IMG/VR virus record: IMGVR_UViG_3300042473_000506
DNA from: a virus
Lineage: Duplodnaviria; Heunggongvirae; Uroviricota; Caudoviricetes
Direction: 5' to 3' (one strand)
DNA: 64,000 nucleotides
Made by a program: the position numbers and the translations under genes. Positions 1-9,663 of the stretch are shown piece after piece (positions within the stretch are counted from its first letter, which is position 1; each line of letters begins with the position of its first letter). The notes under the pieces are model-generated. The model saw only the letters and a program-made list of their open reading frames with translations. It searched no databases and was not told where the DNA came from.

Positions 1-124
1 CCTTCCATTAGTTTCTTAAGAAACCAACGTGCTAACACTCCCGGACGTTTAACTTTCTTTTGAACGTCCGGTCTAAAATCTGATTCTTCTGCGTATTTTT
101 CTGACGCTGTTACTGCATATCCAT

Positions 125-589
125 TCATTGCTTATTCCTTTCTGCTTCTGCTACACGTTTACGCAGGCTTGAACTACTAAAAGAATGATCTCGTCCGTTG
201 TACACAATTTCAATTCCGCGCTTCATACAAATTTCTTTACCTGTAAACTCTTTGTCTGCATACTCTACACCTAATATTCTAACATCTACTGGCAGAATAA
301 GCAATAGGTCTTCAAGGTCTTTTTCTGTTTGATAGACAACAACTTCATCCACATTGCGATTTGTACTGACCTGTATTTGTCGTTCTACAATAGTTTGTAT
401 AGGTGGATTCTTTGTGTCTGGTCGATCAATAGTTGGATCAGTTTGCAGTGCAGCAATTAGATAATCACAATGATTCTTTGCTTCTGCCAACATGGCAACA
501 TGCCCTGCATGGAATAGATCAAAACTGCTGAATACAATTCCTACCTTTAATCCATCTTCTTTTAGTTGTTTTATTTTATTGAATATCAT
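125..589 (-). CDS. cytidylyltransferase (glycerol-3-phosphate cytidylyltransferase / RfaE-domain-II-like nucleotidyltransferase)
   Basis: HxGH signature 'FDLFHAGH' near N-terminus and conserved 'VDEVVVY' block typical of the TagD/HldE cytidylyltransferase fold; paralogue of 12408..12890. Confidence 0.6.
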   Translation of the reverse strand: MIFNKIKQLKEDGLKVGIVFSSFDLFHAGHVAMLAEAKNHCDYLIAALQTDPTIDRPDTKNPPIQTIVERQIQVSTNRNVDEVVVYQTEKDLEDLLLILPVDVRILGVEYADKEFTGKEICMKRGIEIVYNGRDHSFSSSSLRKRVAEAERNKQ

Positions 590-875
590 CTTTAAGATAA
601 CTTATAATTTTTTTCTGTTCTTGTTCATTGAGCCACTCTGCTTCAGTGCTTCCAAAGTTGGGACACATTTTCATCATGTCGTCTAAGAACCATTTTAACT
701 GATATAGATCCTGTTTAACACCCCAAGCAATGAATCCGTCGTTGCGAGCGTTAGAGCATTCTGAAACTGCTGCTCTAACCTGTTGGAATGTTTCTATAAT
801 ATTGTATGAATGTTTGTGGCCCATATAGATAGTATAGAGGTAAAAAAAGGGCCCGTCAAGACCCTTATTCCCCAA
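576..875 (-). CDS. hypothetical protein (true start probably the internal Met at ~824, after the terminator hairpin)
   Basis: ORF only; N-terminal 17 codons overlap a hairpin+T-run terminator at 840..866. Confidence 0.3.
   Translation of the reverse strand: MGNKGLDGPFFYLYTIYMGHKHSYNIIETFQQVRAAVSECSNARNDGFIAWGVKQDLYQLKWFLDDMMKMCPNFGSTEAEWLNEQEQKKIISYLKDDIQ
840..866 (-). terminator. rho-independent terminator after the GroES-like gene
   Basis: Stem aaggg(c)/(g)accctt with 7-nt loop, followed on the minus strand by a T-run (plus-strand aaaaaaa at 842-848). Confidence 0.45.
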
Positions 876-882
876 TATCTTG

Positions 883-1263
883 TTAGATTCCCGGGATATT
901 AAAGTTTACATTCGAACCTGCTCCGATAGTTTTTCGAATATCTACATCGTCTGGTCTTTCTTCTGCACTCATCAAAATAGCAGTATTATCTACTCGGCGT
1001 AGCTCAATAATGTTTCCATCTTCTTGTTCTACTTCAAAAGTTCGCGTCCATCTACCATGTTCGACACATATCCAGTCCCCTACAGATACTTCGTTCTGCT
1101 CTGGACCAATGGCCCATACCCGGCCCCATCTCGGCTTAACGCCTCGAGACTTTCCATTGTCTGATTGAATTACAATACCCGATGCAGTTTTTTGTACACC
1201 GAAATCCATATCAGAAACAATTACGTGATCTCTGATTGGGCGAATTTTGCCTTTAGTTACCAT
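883..1263 (-). CDS. GroES-like co-chaperonin (Cpn10)
   Basis: N-terminal 'KIRPIRDHVIV...KTASGIVI' matches the GroES 'IRPLHDRVIV...SAGGIVL' mobile-loop region; size ~126 aa. Confidence 0.6.
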   Translation of the reverse strand: MVTKGKIRPIRDHVIVSDMDFGVQKTASGIVIQSDNGKSRGVKPRWGRVWAIGPEQNEVSVGDWICVEHGRWTRTFEVEQEDGNIIELRRVDNTAILMSAEERPDDVDIRKTIGAGSNVNFNIPGI

Positions 1264-1533
1264 TTATTCTCCAGTAGTTTTTGTTTTATTAGATGCAACA
1301 ATACCTGATTGTGCTTGTTTAACTTTAGAAGATTCTGGAATTGCTTTAGGGTTGTTTTCATAATACTCAGCAATAACTTCTTCGCGTTTGCGAACAATTT
1401 TTCCACCTGGGCCTAATTCGTCCCCTCTTGCATTTACTCTTGCGTTGCCGATAGCAGGCATAAGTTCATTTTGCGTCATGAGCTTATCCATGTCTACTTC
1501 TTTACCCTGCATTGTTTTATACACTCTTCCCAT
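1264..1533 (-). CDS. hypothetical protein
   Basis: ORF in an operon-like minus-strand run. Confidence 0.3.
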   Translation of the reverse strand: MGRVYKTMQGKEVDMDKLMTQNELMPAIGNARVNARGDELGPGGKIVRKREEVIAEYYENNPKAIPESSKVKQAQSGIVASNKTKTTGE

Positions 1534-1543
1534 ATCTATCTCC

Positions 1544-2098
1544 TTATTTTAGGAATTCTTTTATATCTAGATCGTATTTAATGCTATCAATTCGGTGAAC
1601 TCCGATAAGATATAACACATAGCTTGCTACACTACTTCCACGACCGACTCCCCACACGATTTTATTCTCTCGCATAGTGTCTACTAAGTATTTAAGGTAG
1701 AACAACAAATCAAACATGCCATGTTGGATAAAAAGTAGTAGTTCTTGATCTACTCTTGCACGTTGTTGTTCTGTAGTGCATCGATCATACAACCAATCGA
1801 CTATAGGAAACTCACTGCATTCTTTGGGCATAAACCAAGTGCATTGATTTGCTTCATCAAAAAATGCCACATCTTCTTGGGGTTGCTGCCACTCTTGTAG
1901 TGGAACAAGGTTGTCTTTGTTAGTGTCGACAGCAGTATTGAACTGAACTACTGTGTTGCTATCGAGGTAGACGTTTTGTAAACTTTTGAGTTTGCCCGAA
2001 TACAAGTGTTCAAATAGTTCACTAGGATCTAGAAAGACGGCACCGTATTCATTGGTATTCATATTAACATTATACGCACCTACTGCATACAATGTCAA
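1544..2098 (-). CDS. hypothetical protein whose C-terminus resembles the DnaE/PolC palm region (possible gene fragment)
   Basis: C-terminal 'ELLLFIQHGMFDLLFYLKYLVD...VWGVGRGSSVASYVLYLIGVHRIDSIKYDLDIKEFL' parallels the DnaE block 'GFPGYFLIV.DFI.W...VGPGRGSGAGSLVAYAL.ITDLDPL..DLLFERFLN'; only 184 aa. Confidence 0.4.
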   Translation of the reverse strand: MTLYAVGAYNVNMNTNEYGAVFLDPSELFEHLYSGKLKSLQNVYLDSNTVVQFNTAVDTNKDNLVPLQEWQQPQEDVAFFDEANQCTWFMPKECSEFPIVDWLYDRCTTEQQRARVDQELLLFIQHGMFDLLFYLKYLVDTMRENKIVWGVGRGSSVASYVLYLIGVHRIDSIKYDLDIKEFLK

Positions 2099-2376
2099 TT
2101 ATCTACGTTAATAAAATCGTCTAAATTCTTATTTTGATTTGCCAACTTTTGATTGGCTTTGATGTGACGGGTAGACTGCTCGGCTTTGTATGCTTCGAGT
2201 ATTACTGAAATTTGGTTGCATACTGCGCCCTGTCCGAATCTAGCAGCCAAGAAGTACTTTTTCATTAACTCGGTAATCTTATTGTCGATATCTTCGTTTT
2301 TCAACGTAGACAAATCTGGTAATAACGGATTAAACATTATGATAACGTAACTGAGGTACCAGTAAATGCATACCAT
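2095..2376 (-). CDS. hypothetical protein
   Basis: ORF, 4-nt overlap with downstream gene. Confidence 0.3.
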   Translation of the reverse strand: MVCIYWYLSYVIIMFNPLLPDLSTLKNEDIDNKITELMKKYFLAARFGQGAVCNQISVILEAYKAEQSTRHIKANQKLANQNKNLDDFINVDN

Positions 2377-2732
2377 GTGCCGCTATGATAATATGCAGGT
2401 CTATTGTATGCTGCGTCTGCAACAAATACCAATGTTCCGTTTTCTACATTTCCGGTATCAGTTAACGCAGATAGCTCGCTTAGACTATAATTTTTTAATA
2501 CAATTGAACAATCTACTAAGGTTGCTTTTTTAATTTCATTTCCACCAAAATTATTTGAGCTAGATAGACTTACTAAGTTTACCTGAAGGTTGGAAATTTC
2601 TTCTCCTGTTGTAGACAGTGCTGATTGAATATTAGAAAAGTTAGTTCTAAAACCCTGAGAATCGTTATCAGATCCAGGAACTGGATAGTTGATGTTTATT
2701 AAATTGCTATAATCTGTAATAGTACTTGCCAC
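2337..2732 (-). CDS. small tail-fibre-associated protein, paralogue A
   Basis: Shares N-terminal 'M.STIT.YSNLI.IN.PV.G.DND.Q.FR.NFSNI' with 2745..3002; sits directly upstream of the collagen-like fibre genes. Confidence 0.4.
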   Translation of the reverse strand: MASTITDYSNLININYPVPGSDNDSQGFRTNFSNIQSALSTTGEEISNLQVNLVSLSSSNNFGGNEIKKATLVDCSIVLKNYSLSELSALTDTGNVENGTLVFVADAAYNRPAYYHSGTWYAFTGTSVTLS

Positions 2733-2744
2733 AATTAACTCCTG

Positions 2745-3002
2745 TTAAGATGAAGTGTAACTTTTTAATACAATGCTACAATTCACAATAGTTGCATTAG
2801 TGACGGTGTTATCGTTAAAGTTATTATTATCAGTTAAGAACACTCCGTTTGTTTTTAATGCATTAATTTCTCTATTAGCAATTTCTATGGAAGTTTTGAT
2901 ATTAGAAAAATTATCACGGAATTTTTGAAGGTCGTTGTCTGCACCCTGTACAGGGAAATTAATGTCAATTAAATTACTATAATTTGTGATAGTGCTAGTC
3001 AA
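2745..3002 (-). CDS. small tail-fibre-associated protein, paralogue B
   Basis: Tandem paralogue of 2337..2732; TATAAATA (plus 3024-3031, reverse complement) ~20 nt upstream of its start. Confidence 0.4.
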   Translation of the reverse strand: MTSTITNYSNLIDINFPVQGADNDLQKFRDNFSNIKTSIEIANREINALKTNGVFLTDNNNFNDNTVTNATIVNCSIVLKSYTSS

Positions 3003-3023
3003 GATTCAACTCCAGTGATGCTA

Positions 3024-3031
3024 TATTTATA
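3024..3031 (-). promoter_or_regulatory. T4-type late promoter TATAAATA
   Basis: Exact TATAAATA on minus strand ~20 nt upstream of the start codon at 3002. Confidence 0.45.
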
Positions 3032-3039
3032 GACAAAAC

Positions 3040-6006
3040 TCACTTGAGTTTATTTTTAAGTTCTTTAACTTCTTTAGATAATTCTTTAACAGCTTCAATT
3101 AAAAGTGGCACTAGTTTTTCATACTTGACAGCTAGATATCCGTTGGTTCTTGTAGCAACAATTTCTGGTAAAATTGCTTCAATTTCTTGAGCAATAACAC
3201 CTATGTCGTGTTTTCTTACAAAGAAATCATCTTCTCCACCACGACTTTCAATATATGAATCTGTCCAGTCAAAGCGTACACCCCTAATTTGTTCAAGCAT
3301 TTCGAGAGGGTTGCTTAATGATTGTACATTTTCTTTTAGTCTAGCATCAGATGAGTAGTAAGCAGTGATTTCGTTTTCTGCCCTGATTTCACCAACTGCC
3401 CCGCTGTACCAACCACTTCCTACTGACAGTGTAGTAACAGTAATTGTACTTTGATATGCTGGTGCCGCCGCACCTCGACTTACTGCAATTTGACCTATAG
3501 AGCCCGGACCGTAGAAAGCAGTTGTATCAGGAGCTGATTGATAAGGAACTTGACCAGCAGTACCACCTGCTAAGTTTGTAGAATTACCTACAGTAACTGT
3601 GCTAGGTGCTTGCCATGTAGCAGTGCTCGAACCCGCAGTTAACACATATCCGTTAACACCTATTGGAATAAATGCTGTTCTTCCAGGACCGCTTTGGATA
3701 GGAATGCTGCCAGCGGTACCACCTGCTAGGTTAGTTGCAGTTGTAGAATTACCTACAGTAACTGTGCTAGGTGCTTGCCATGTAGCAGTCGTTGCTCCGG
3801 CTGTTAATACATGTCCAGCTGTTCCTAGAGTAATAAATGCAGTACGTCCCGGTGCGCTTTGAATAGGCATTGCACCTTGTGAACCACCTGCTAGATGAGT
3901 AGCAGTGGTTGCATTGCCCGCTGTTAAATCAGTTACCTGACTCCATTGTGGTGCTGTACCTCCTGAATTAACAGTTAGTATATAACCTGCAGAGCCGATG
4001 CCTAAGAAAGTTGTAGTACCTGCACCAGTTTGGTATACAATAGAACCTGCTAATCCACCACCAACATTGTCAGTGATTGCAGATCTTCCTACATATAAAG
4101 ATGAAGTTGATATAAAGGACGGACCTGTTGCACTAGCACCGTTGCTTACTAAAACTTGTCCTGCTATACCCGGGCCTACAAAACTAGTAACACCTGATGT
4201 AGTTTGGAATGGTAACTGTCCAGTAGTACCGTTTTTCAAGTTTGTAGCAGTAGTTGCTTCGCCCGCTGCAACTCCTGCTAGTGTTTCCCAGCGAGGACCA
4301 CTAGCACCAGCGACCAGTACATAACCTAATGCGCCCAGTGATAAAAATACTGTACTGTTGGCAGCATTTTGATAAGGAAGTGATCCAGCACTACCACCTA
4401 CTAGGTCGTCTGCTAAAGTTGATCGTCCAACATATATACTACTTGTGTTAGTAAACACCGGACCAGTTGATGTGGTTCCTGCACTCACTAGCAGTTGTCC
4501 TGCTGTTCCTGGGCCAAAGAAACTAGTCAATCCAGGGCTAGTTTGGAATGGAACTTGTCCTGTAGTACCGTTCTTCAAGTTAGTTGCAGTGGTTGCTTCA
4601 CCTGTAGCAATACCACTTAGTGATGCCCATTGAGGTGCAGTTGCACCTGCGGTTAACACATAACCGTTAGTGCCTAGAGGTAAAAATACTGTGCTGTTAG
4701 CACCATCTTGATAGACTAAACCACCTGCACCACCACCGACGATGTCATCTGCTAGTACCGCTCTACCTACGTAGATGTTTGATGTGGAAACAAATTTAGG
4801 ACCAGTTGCACTTGCACCGTCACTGGTTAATATTTCACCCGCTGTACCTGGACCAAAGAAACTAGTGTTATGAGGTGCTGTCTGGAATGGAACTTGTCCC
4901 GTAGTACCGTTCCTTAAATTAGTAGACGAATTAGCACTTGATATAGATCCAGAAACAGTTGCGTATAATGTTCCGCCTACATACAAATCTCCACCAATAC
5001 CTGCACCACCTCCGACAATCAATGCACCGGTATTAGTTGATGTTGCATTTGTAGCATTGTTAGTTTGTATAATATCATCTGTGACTATTAACGTTGTTGT
5101 AACAGTTGTTAATTGAATTGTTAATTTTTGAGCAACAATTTCACCACCAACATACAAATCGCCACCGATACCGACACCCCCTACAACTCTTAGAGCACCG
5201 GTTTGCGTAGAAGTTGCAATAGTTGTGTTGGTTATAGTTGACGCAGGTGTAGTTAGTATACCGTTGTTTGTATTAAACACGAGGTTACCACTTGCACCTA
5301 ATGTTGCATAAGCACTAGCACCGGCAACCATTGTCAAGTATCTTAACGGAGTTGCTTCGCTGGTGCCCAAGCTGGTAACGTATGTTTTTTCACTTTCAGC
5401 AGATTTACCTACAGATATTGTAGTTGTTGAAACAAAACTTGCAGTATTTGTCTGAGCTTGTAGTAAACTTCCTGCTGCACCGGCTGATATAAATGTAGTA
5501 ACACTGGTTGCAGATTGAATAGGGATCTCGCCTGCTGCACCGTTGTTTATGTTATTTGTGTCTGTAGGGCCAGATGGACCAGATGGACCAGATGGCCCAG
5601 TAACACCTTGCGGTCCTTGCGGACCGGGAGGTCCTGAAGGTCCTTGAACGCCTTGCGGTCCTTGTGGACCTGTAGCACCCCTAGGTCCTTGAACGCCTTG
5701 CGGTCCTTGTGGACCTTGCGGACCAGTAACGCCCTGTGGTCCTTGAACTCCTTGTGGTCCCTGCGGGCCTTGAACGCCTTGTGGTCCTTGGGGTCCCTGA
5801 ACTCCCTGTGGTCCTTGTGGACCTGTAACACCTTGTGGTCCCTGTGGACCAGTGGCACCTATTTGATTTCCTAACCAAGTTCTAACTCTTGCTGGTTCGA
5901 GTTGTTGCTCAACACCGTCGTGCGCTACAATGAATACCGTTTGGTAATCAGTAGGATTCGTTAAGTTAGTCGATAAGACTTCAGAAAGAGATGCTCTAAT
6001 AGACAT
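3040..6006 (-). CDS. long tail fibre: N-terminal collagen-like triple-helix region, repeated Ser/Thr/Gly-rich ~100-aa modules, C-terminal peptidase-S74 intramolecular chaperone domain
   Basis: ~35 G-P-Q/G-V-Q triplets (aa 50-150); three ~100-aa modules '[39 protein letters not shown]' plus three shorter ~55-aa modules; C-terminus 'SDARLKENV...[16 protein letters not shown]' matches the S74 autoproteolysis motif (Ser in S-D-x-R-L-K). Confidence 0.8.
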   Translation of the reverse strand: MSIRASLSEVLSTNLTNPTDYQTVFIVAHDGVEQQLEPARVRTWLGNQIGATGPQGPQGVTGPQGPQGVQGPQGPQGVQGPQGPQGVQGPQGVTGPQGPQGPQGVQGPRGATGPQGPQGVQGPSGPPGPQGPQGVTGPSGPSGPSGPTDTNNINNGAAGEIPIQSATSVTTFISAGAAGSLLQAQTNTASFVSTTTISVGKSAESEKTYVTSLGTSEATPLRYLTMVAGASAYATLGASGNLVFNTNNGILTTPASTITNTTIATSTQTGALRVVGGVGIGGDLYVGGEIVAQKLTIQLTTVTTTLIVTDDIIQTNNATNATSTNTGALIVGGGAGIGGDLYVGGTLYATVSGSISSANSSTNLRNGTTGQVPFQTAPHNTSFFGPGTAGEILTSDGASATGPKFVSTSNIYVGRAVLADDIVGGGAGGLVYQDGANSTVFLPLGTNGYVLTAGATAPQWASLSGIATGEATTATNLKNGTTGQVPFQTSPGLTSFFGPGTAGQLLVSAGTTSTGPVFTNTSSIYVGRSTLADDLVGGSAGSLPYQNAANSTVFLSLGALGYVLVAGASGPRWETLAGVAAGEATTATNLKNGTTGQLPFQTTSGVTSFVGPGIAGQVLVSNGASATGPSFISTSSLYVGRSAITDNVGGGLAGSIVYQTGAGTTTFLGIGSAGYILTVNSGGTAPQWSQVTDLTAGNATTATHLAGGSQGAMPIQSAPGRTAFITLGTAGHVLTAGATTATWQAPSTVTVGNSTTATNLAGGTAGSIPIQSGPGRTAFIPIGVNGYVLTAGSSTATWQAPSTVTVGNSTNLAGGTAGQVPYQSAPDTTAFYGPGSIGQIAVSRGAAAPAYQSTITVTTLSVGSGWYSGAVGEIRAENEITAYYSSDARLKENVQSLSNPLEMLEQIRGVRFDWTDSYIESRGGEDDFFVRKHDIGVIAQEIEAILPEIVATRTNGYLAVKYEKLVPLLIEAVKELSKEVKELKNKLK
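3330..4920. repeat. divergent ~300-bp tandem modules (x3) plus shorter modules encoding repeated fibre domains
   Basis: Protein-level repeats '[12 protein letters not shown](V/L)PFQT..SF(F/V)GPG.AGQ.L.S.G...TGP.F..TS.(I/L)YVGR' recur three times. Confidence 0.6.
5545..5875. repeat. collagen-type 9-bp (Gly-X-Y) tandem repeats inside the 988-aa fibre gene
   Basis: Imperfect repeats of ggtcc(t/a)tg(t/a)gg(a/t)cc giving GPQGPQGVQ; responsible for the spurious antisense ORFs. Confidence 0.8.
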
Positions 6007-6089
6007 GTGTAGTATCAGTACCCGATTTAATATGTTATTTATTATCTTTCAATAACAATAACATTGCGGTTGTTTGCTATTAAATCCTC

Positions 6090-7637
6090 TTAAACCCAGG
6101 ATTGAATGTTGGAACCTGTAGTTCCTACTCTAATCCATGTATCAGTTGCTACACAAACGTAAAGAAAATTTGTGTCATAAGATACAAGCCCAGAAAAACC
6201 TGACGAGTTAGGAAGTTTTGATCCTGTTCCAACTGCTACAGTGCCTGGTGGTCCCGACGGACCTGATGCTCCAGTGGGTCCAGTAGCTCCACTAGGACCT
6301 TGTGGTCCTGTAGCGCCAGATGGTCCACTAGGTCCTGTAGCGCCTACTCCTGATGGTCCACTAGGACCTGATGGTCCTGTTGGTCCAGTTGGTCCAACAA
6401 AGCCAATTCCGTTGGCGCCCGATGGGCCTGACGGTCCTGTCGGTCCTGTACTACCTGCGGGACCCTGCGGTCCTGTGGCACCTGCGCCCGATGGCCCAGT
6501 CGGACCTGATGGTCCTGCAACAGCACTTGCTGGACCCGGAGGTCCCGACGGTCCTGTTGCACCTTCTGGTCCTGTTGGACCCGACGGTCCTTGTGGCCCT
6601 GTAGCACCTGCACCTGTGGGTCCTACGTCACCTGGAATTCCTTGAGCACCTGACGGTCCTTGTGGGCCTTGTGGTCCCGTAGTACCACCGCCGGTGCCGC
6701 CTGATATTGTAACCCATTCGGTGTCATACTCAGTGTTTGATGCTTTGGCTAGAACTTGTCCAGTAAATCCACCTACTGCTATGCCTGTGCCTGTGCTTCC
6801 AGGTGCGCCTGATGGTCCTGATGGTCCTGATGGGCCTGGCAAACCGGGGCTTCCCGGACTACCTGCAGGGCCTTGTGGTCCAGTAGGCCCTGCACCAGCA
6901 GTTGTACTAGTGTTGACCCATTTAGTACCGTCGTACTTTAAAAACTCTCCGCTAATAGGACTTGTTAGTGTTACATCAGTTAACGAGCTTAATGCAGTTA
7001 CTCCCGGTGTTGCAGAACCTAAATTTACAACTCCGAATGTACCATACATGTCACTACTGTTTTCTGCGGCATAATATAGTGTAGATGGAGCGCCTAACGG
7101 TACAGCAAATGTAATTGTTCCCGTGGCTGTGCCATTATTAGTTACACCACTATTATATGTATTTTCAGTTCCTGTAGTAGCCGCAGTTTTAATCCATAAC
7201 GGATACCCAGCAGCATTAACACTGAAGTTATATGTAAATCCTCTTACAAGGTTTAATGTAGGATCATTGAATCCTTCGATAATATAGTCTAAACTACCGT
7301 TGTTAGTAATAGTATATGTAATTCCAAACCCGCCACCTTCTGGTCCAGTTGGACCAGCGTCACCTTGCGGCCCTTGAGGACCAGAAGGCCCAGTTGGACC
7401 AGGTACTGTACTAGCATCGCCCTGCGGACCTTGTGGTCCTGTTGCACCTTCTGGTCCTTGTGGTCCAGCGCCACCAGCTACTCCGCCATAGGCAAGAGTA
7501 GCCCAGGTCGAAGTGCCGCTGCCTATTTTAAATTGCCCTGTATCTGTTTCTAGGGCCATTTCTCCTTCGGCCAGGACAGGGTTTGCAGAACTCCATTCTG
7601 CAGCGGTACCTCTTCTAAGTTGAATTTGAACAGCCAT
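6090..7637 (-). CDS. collagen-like tail fibre protein with conserved phage fibre N-terminal domain
   Basis: N-terminus '[40 protein letters not shown]' (common phage tail-fibre/Mtd-like N-domain) followed by several G-P-X-G-P-X blocks. Confidence 0.75.
   Translation of the reverse strand: MAVQIQLRRGTAAEWSSANPVLAEGEMALETDTGQFKIGSGTSTWATLAYGGVAGGAGPQGPEGATGPQGPQGDASTVPGPTGPSGPQGPQGDAGPTGPEGGGFGITYTITNNGSLDYIIEGFNDPTLNLVRGFTYNFSVNAAGYPLWIKTAATTGTENTYNSGVTNNGTATGTITFAVPLGAPSTLYYAAENSSDMYGTFGVVNLGSATPGVTALSSLTDVTLTSPISGEFLKYDGTKWVNTSTTAGAGPTGPQGPAGSPGSPGLPGPSGPSGPSGAPGSTGTGIAVGGFTGQVLAKASNTEYDTEWVTISGGTGGGTTGPQGPQGPSGAQGIPGDVGPTGAGATGPQGPSGPTGPEGATGPSGPPGPASAVAGPSGPTGPSGAGATGPQGPAGSTGPTGPSGPSGANGIGFVGPTGPTGPSGPSGPSGVGATGPSGPSGATGPQGPSGATGPTGASGPSGPPGTVAVGTGSKLPNSSGFSGLVSYDTNFLYVCVATDTWIRVGTTGSNIQSWV
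6235..6680. repeat. collagen-type triplet repeats inside the 515-aa fibre gene (further blocks at ~6790-6900 and ~7330-7480)
   Basis: ggtcctg(a/t)(t/c)ggtcc-type repeats encoding [10 protein letters not shown]. Confidence 0.8.
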
Positions 7638-7668
7638 GTTTGTATTCTTTCCGTATTATCAATATTTA

Positions 7669-8091
7669 TTACACACCACCTGCATTGATGGGTGTGATTC
7701 CACCATATATAGATGACGGTGTACCACCATCTAAATTTAAAATTCCTTCGCCACTTGCACCACTAGGACCCGATACTCCACTGGGACCTGTAGGTCCAGG
7801 TACTCCTATTGGTCCTTGAGGACCCGTGGGACCTACAATACTATCGCCCTGTGGTCCTTGCGGACCTGTGGGACCAAAAACTCCCTGTGGTCCTTCTGGC
7901 CCTTGTGGTCCTTGCGGCCCTACAGGACCAGTAGGTCCTACAATCTGTATAGCAGCTTCGTTAACTAGAGTAATTAACTGCTCTAATTCCATTTTCCTGG
8001 TTCTAGCAGGCTCGTAAGAGACATCAACAACTGGAACAATAAGTTGATCTGTTAATGTGCTTAAAAATGGTAAATTGGTGATTCTTGCCAT
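7669..8091 (-). CDS. short collagen-like (G-X-Y) protein
   Basis: '[31 protein letters not shown]...' triple-helix repeats in a 140-aa ORF. Confidence 0.6.
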   Translation of the reverse strand: MARITNLPFLSTLTDQLIVPVVDVSYEPARTRKMELEQLITLVNEAAIQIVGPTGPVGPQGPQGPEGPQGVFGPTGPQGPQGDSIVGPTGPQGPIGVPGPTGPSGVSGPSGASGEGILNLDGGTPSSIYGGITPINAGGV

Positions 8092-8094
8092 AAA

Positions 8095-9177
8095 TTATTC
8101 TCGTTGTAAAGGTTGGTTATTTTCATCATCAAGGCGTACCCAACCTTCTGGACCAAATAGGTAACCATCTATATCCATCAGATCCCCAACAGCATTTCTG
8201 TTGAATATTAGATATTTAGCTCCACTATTGTCTAAACTATTTTCCACAATTATTCGGTCAACTTCAAAATCAACAGTGTTAAACTTAAAATTATTAGATT
8301 TAATTCTATTTAGAATAATTCTGCTTTTATTAGGCAATGTGTAACATAAAGGAACAACCCTCATGTACGTCTTTGTTCTGTAATCATTCGACTGCTGAGT
8401 TAACATAAATCTAGGCTGTAGTTGTTCATCTACGCTGATAGTCGACCAGTCTTGTAGTGTAATAGATTGTAGCTGTTTACGCATATTATCTATACTTGCA
8501 GGGTAATATAATTCATCGTTGTGGTCAGTGTGTACTACAGAAGAGACGCTAATATCGGAATTATTAACTAATTCGTCAACTACTTCCACATATATTAAAT
8601 CGTATACGTGTGTTCCTGCAGAATTTTTAGCAATAGCGGATTTTACACCGCCTAATCTTATCTTCTTTTTATAAAAATTCTCTTGTAATGCATATTGATA
8701 TTCGTAGAGATTTAGTTGTTCTATACCAAAATCCAACGTTAGTTTAATACTTCTCTGGACTCCAAAGTTTGAATCGTAATATCTATACATTAATAGCGGG
8801 TCAAATATAGTAGAGTCGTTGATAAAATTGTTAAATTGATTACGTTTAGTAACACTCAAAAAAGGTCTAATATAGATATCGGTATACTTGATATTGTTGG
8901 GTTGCGTTACATTTAGAGTGAATGTCTGTGTTGATTCTTCGGTATTTGCAAGGTCAACAGCATTGATTATAAAAGTAAAGGTTCCCGAGGAATTATAATT
9001 TGCTCTACCAACTATGGTACCATCATGTTTTAAAGTTAGCCCGCTGGGAAGTTGCCCAGCTTTAAGCTCGTATTTTAACTCTGAACCTGACGATGTCTGT
9101 GTAGACTGCACAGAAATTTCACTAACATATCCAGTTTGAAGTGTACCTAGACTGCTAGTTGTCAACCATTTTAACAT
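8095..9177 (-). CDS. hypothetical virion/tail protein
   Basis: 360-aa ORF co-oriented with the fibre genes; TATAAAT-like late motif ~25 nt upstream (plus 9202-9209). Confidence 0.35.
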   Translation of the reverse strand: MLKWLTTSSLGTLQTGYVSEISVQSTQTSSGSELKYELKAGQLPSGLTLKHDGTIVGRANYNSSGTFTFIINAVDLANTEESTQTFTLNVTQPNNIKYTDIYIRPFLSVTKRNQFNNFINDSTIFDPLLMYRYYDSNFGVQRSIKLTLDFGIEQLNLYEYQYALQENFYKKKIRLGGVKSAIAKNSAGTHVYDLIYVEVVDELVNNSDISVSSVVHTDHNDELYYPASIDNMRKQLQSITLQDWSTISVDEQLQPRFMLTQQSNDYRTKTYMRVVPLCYTLPNKSRIILNRIKSNNFKFNTVDFEVDRIIVENSLDNSGAKYLIFNRNAVGDLMDIDGYLFGPEGWVRLDDENNQPLQRE

Positions 9178-9294
9178 TAAGAAATACCCCTACGGTGAGA
9201 TTTATAGAGGTATTTACCTAAAAATACTCAAATAACAATAGCCTTAATTTTTAGAAAGTTAAATATATTATACTTTAATTAAAGGAAAAGTACC

Positions 9295-9663
9295 ATGGAA
9301 ATTATTGTCGCAGTCGCAGTATTTGGCTTTGGATTATGGTGGGTCTTTTTAAGAACTCCTGCTGATACAAAACCATCTGCACCTTATAAAATTGAAACTC
9401 CACCTGCACCAGAACCTGCTCCGGTTGTGGTAGAAACTGCACCTGCAGTTGTTACTGATACAGTAGTGGTAGTAGAAAATGCAGTCGTACCAGAAGCTGT
9501 AGTAGCAGAAGCTCCTGCTAAGAAGCCACGTACACCACGTGCTCCTAAAGTAGAAGCTCCTGTAGCAAAACCAGCCGCAAAAAAAGCAGCCCCTGTTAAG
9601 AAGGCTGCTGCTATTAAAGCTGCTCCTAAGAAACCAGCAACTCCGAGATCAAAGAAGGCTTAA
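9295..9663 (+). CDS. membrane-anchored Pro/Ala/Lys-rich low-complexity protein
   Basis: N-terminal hydrophobic helix 'IIVAVAVFGFGLWWVFL' then 'PAPEPAPVVVETAPAVV...AKKAAPVKKAAAIKAAPKKPATPRSKKA'; AAAGGA RBS upstream; one of the few plus-strand genes in the first 39 kb. Confidence 0.5.
   Translation: MEIIVAVAVFGFGLWWVFLRTPADTKPSAPYKIETPPAPEPAPVVVETAPAVVTDTVVVVENAVVPEAVVAEAPAKKPRTPRAPKVEAPVAKPAAKKAAPVKKAAAIKAAPKKPATPRSKKA

Noticed and set aside
3599-7553. Many plus- and minus-strand ORFs (3599..3862, 3998..4324, 4445..4633, 5547..5858, 5644..5874, 5681..5878, 6241..6645, 6344..6613, 6371..6604, 6694..7074, 7289..7474, 7365..7553, 7826..8017) nested in the collagen-like fibre genes
   Set aside because: They arise from the GC-rich 9-bp triplet repeats (any frame of GGN-CCN repeats stays open). 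They encode low-complexity Pro/Gly/Arg/Leu strings and are fully contained within better-supported genes.
5545-7960. Possible CRISPR-like array suggested by short direct repeats
   Set aside because: Repeats are 9-bp coding triplet repeats without spacers of uniform length. They translate into collagen G-X-Y and there are no cas genes.
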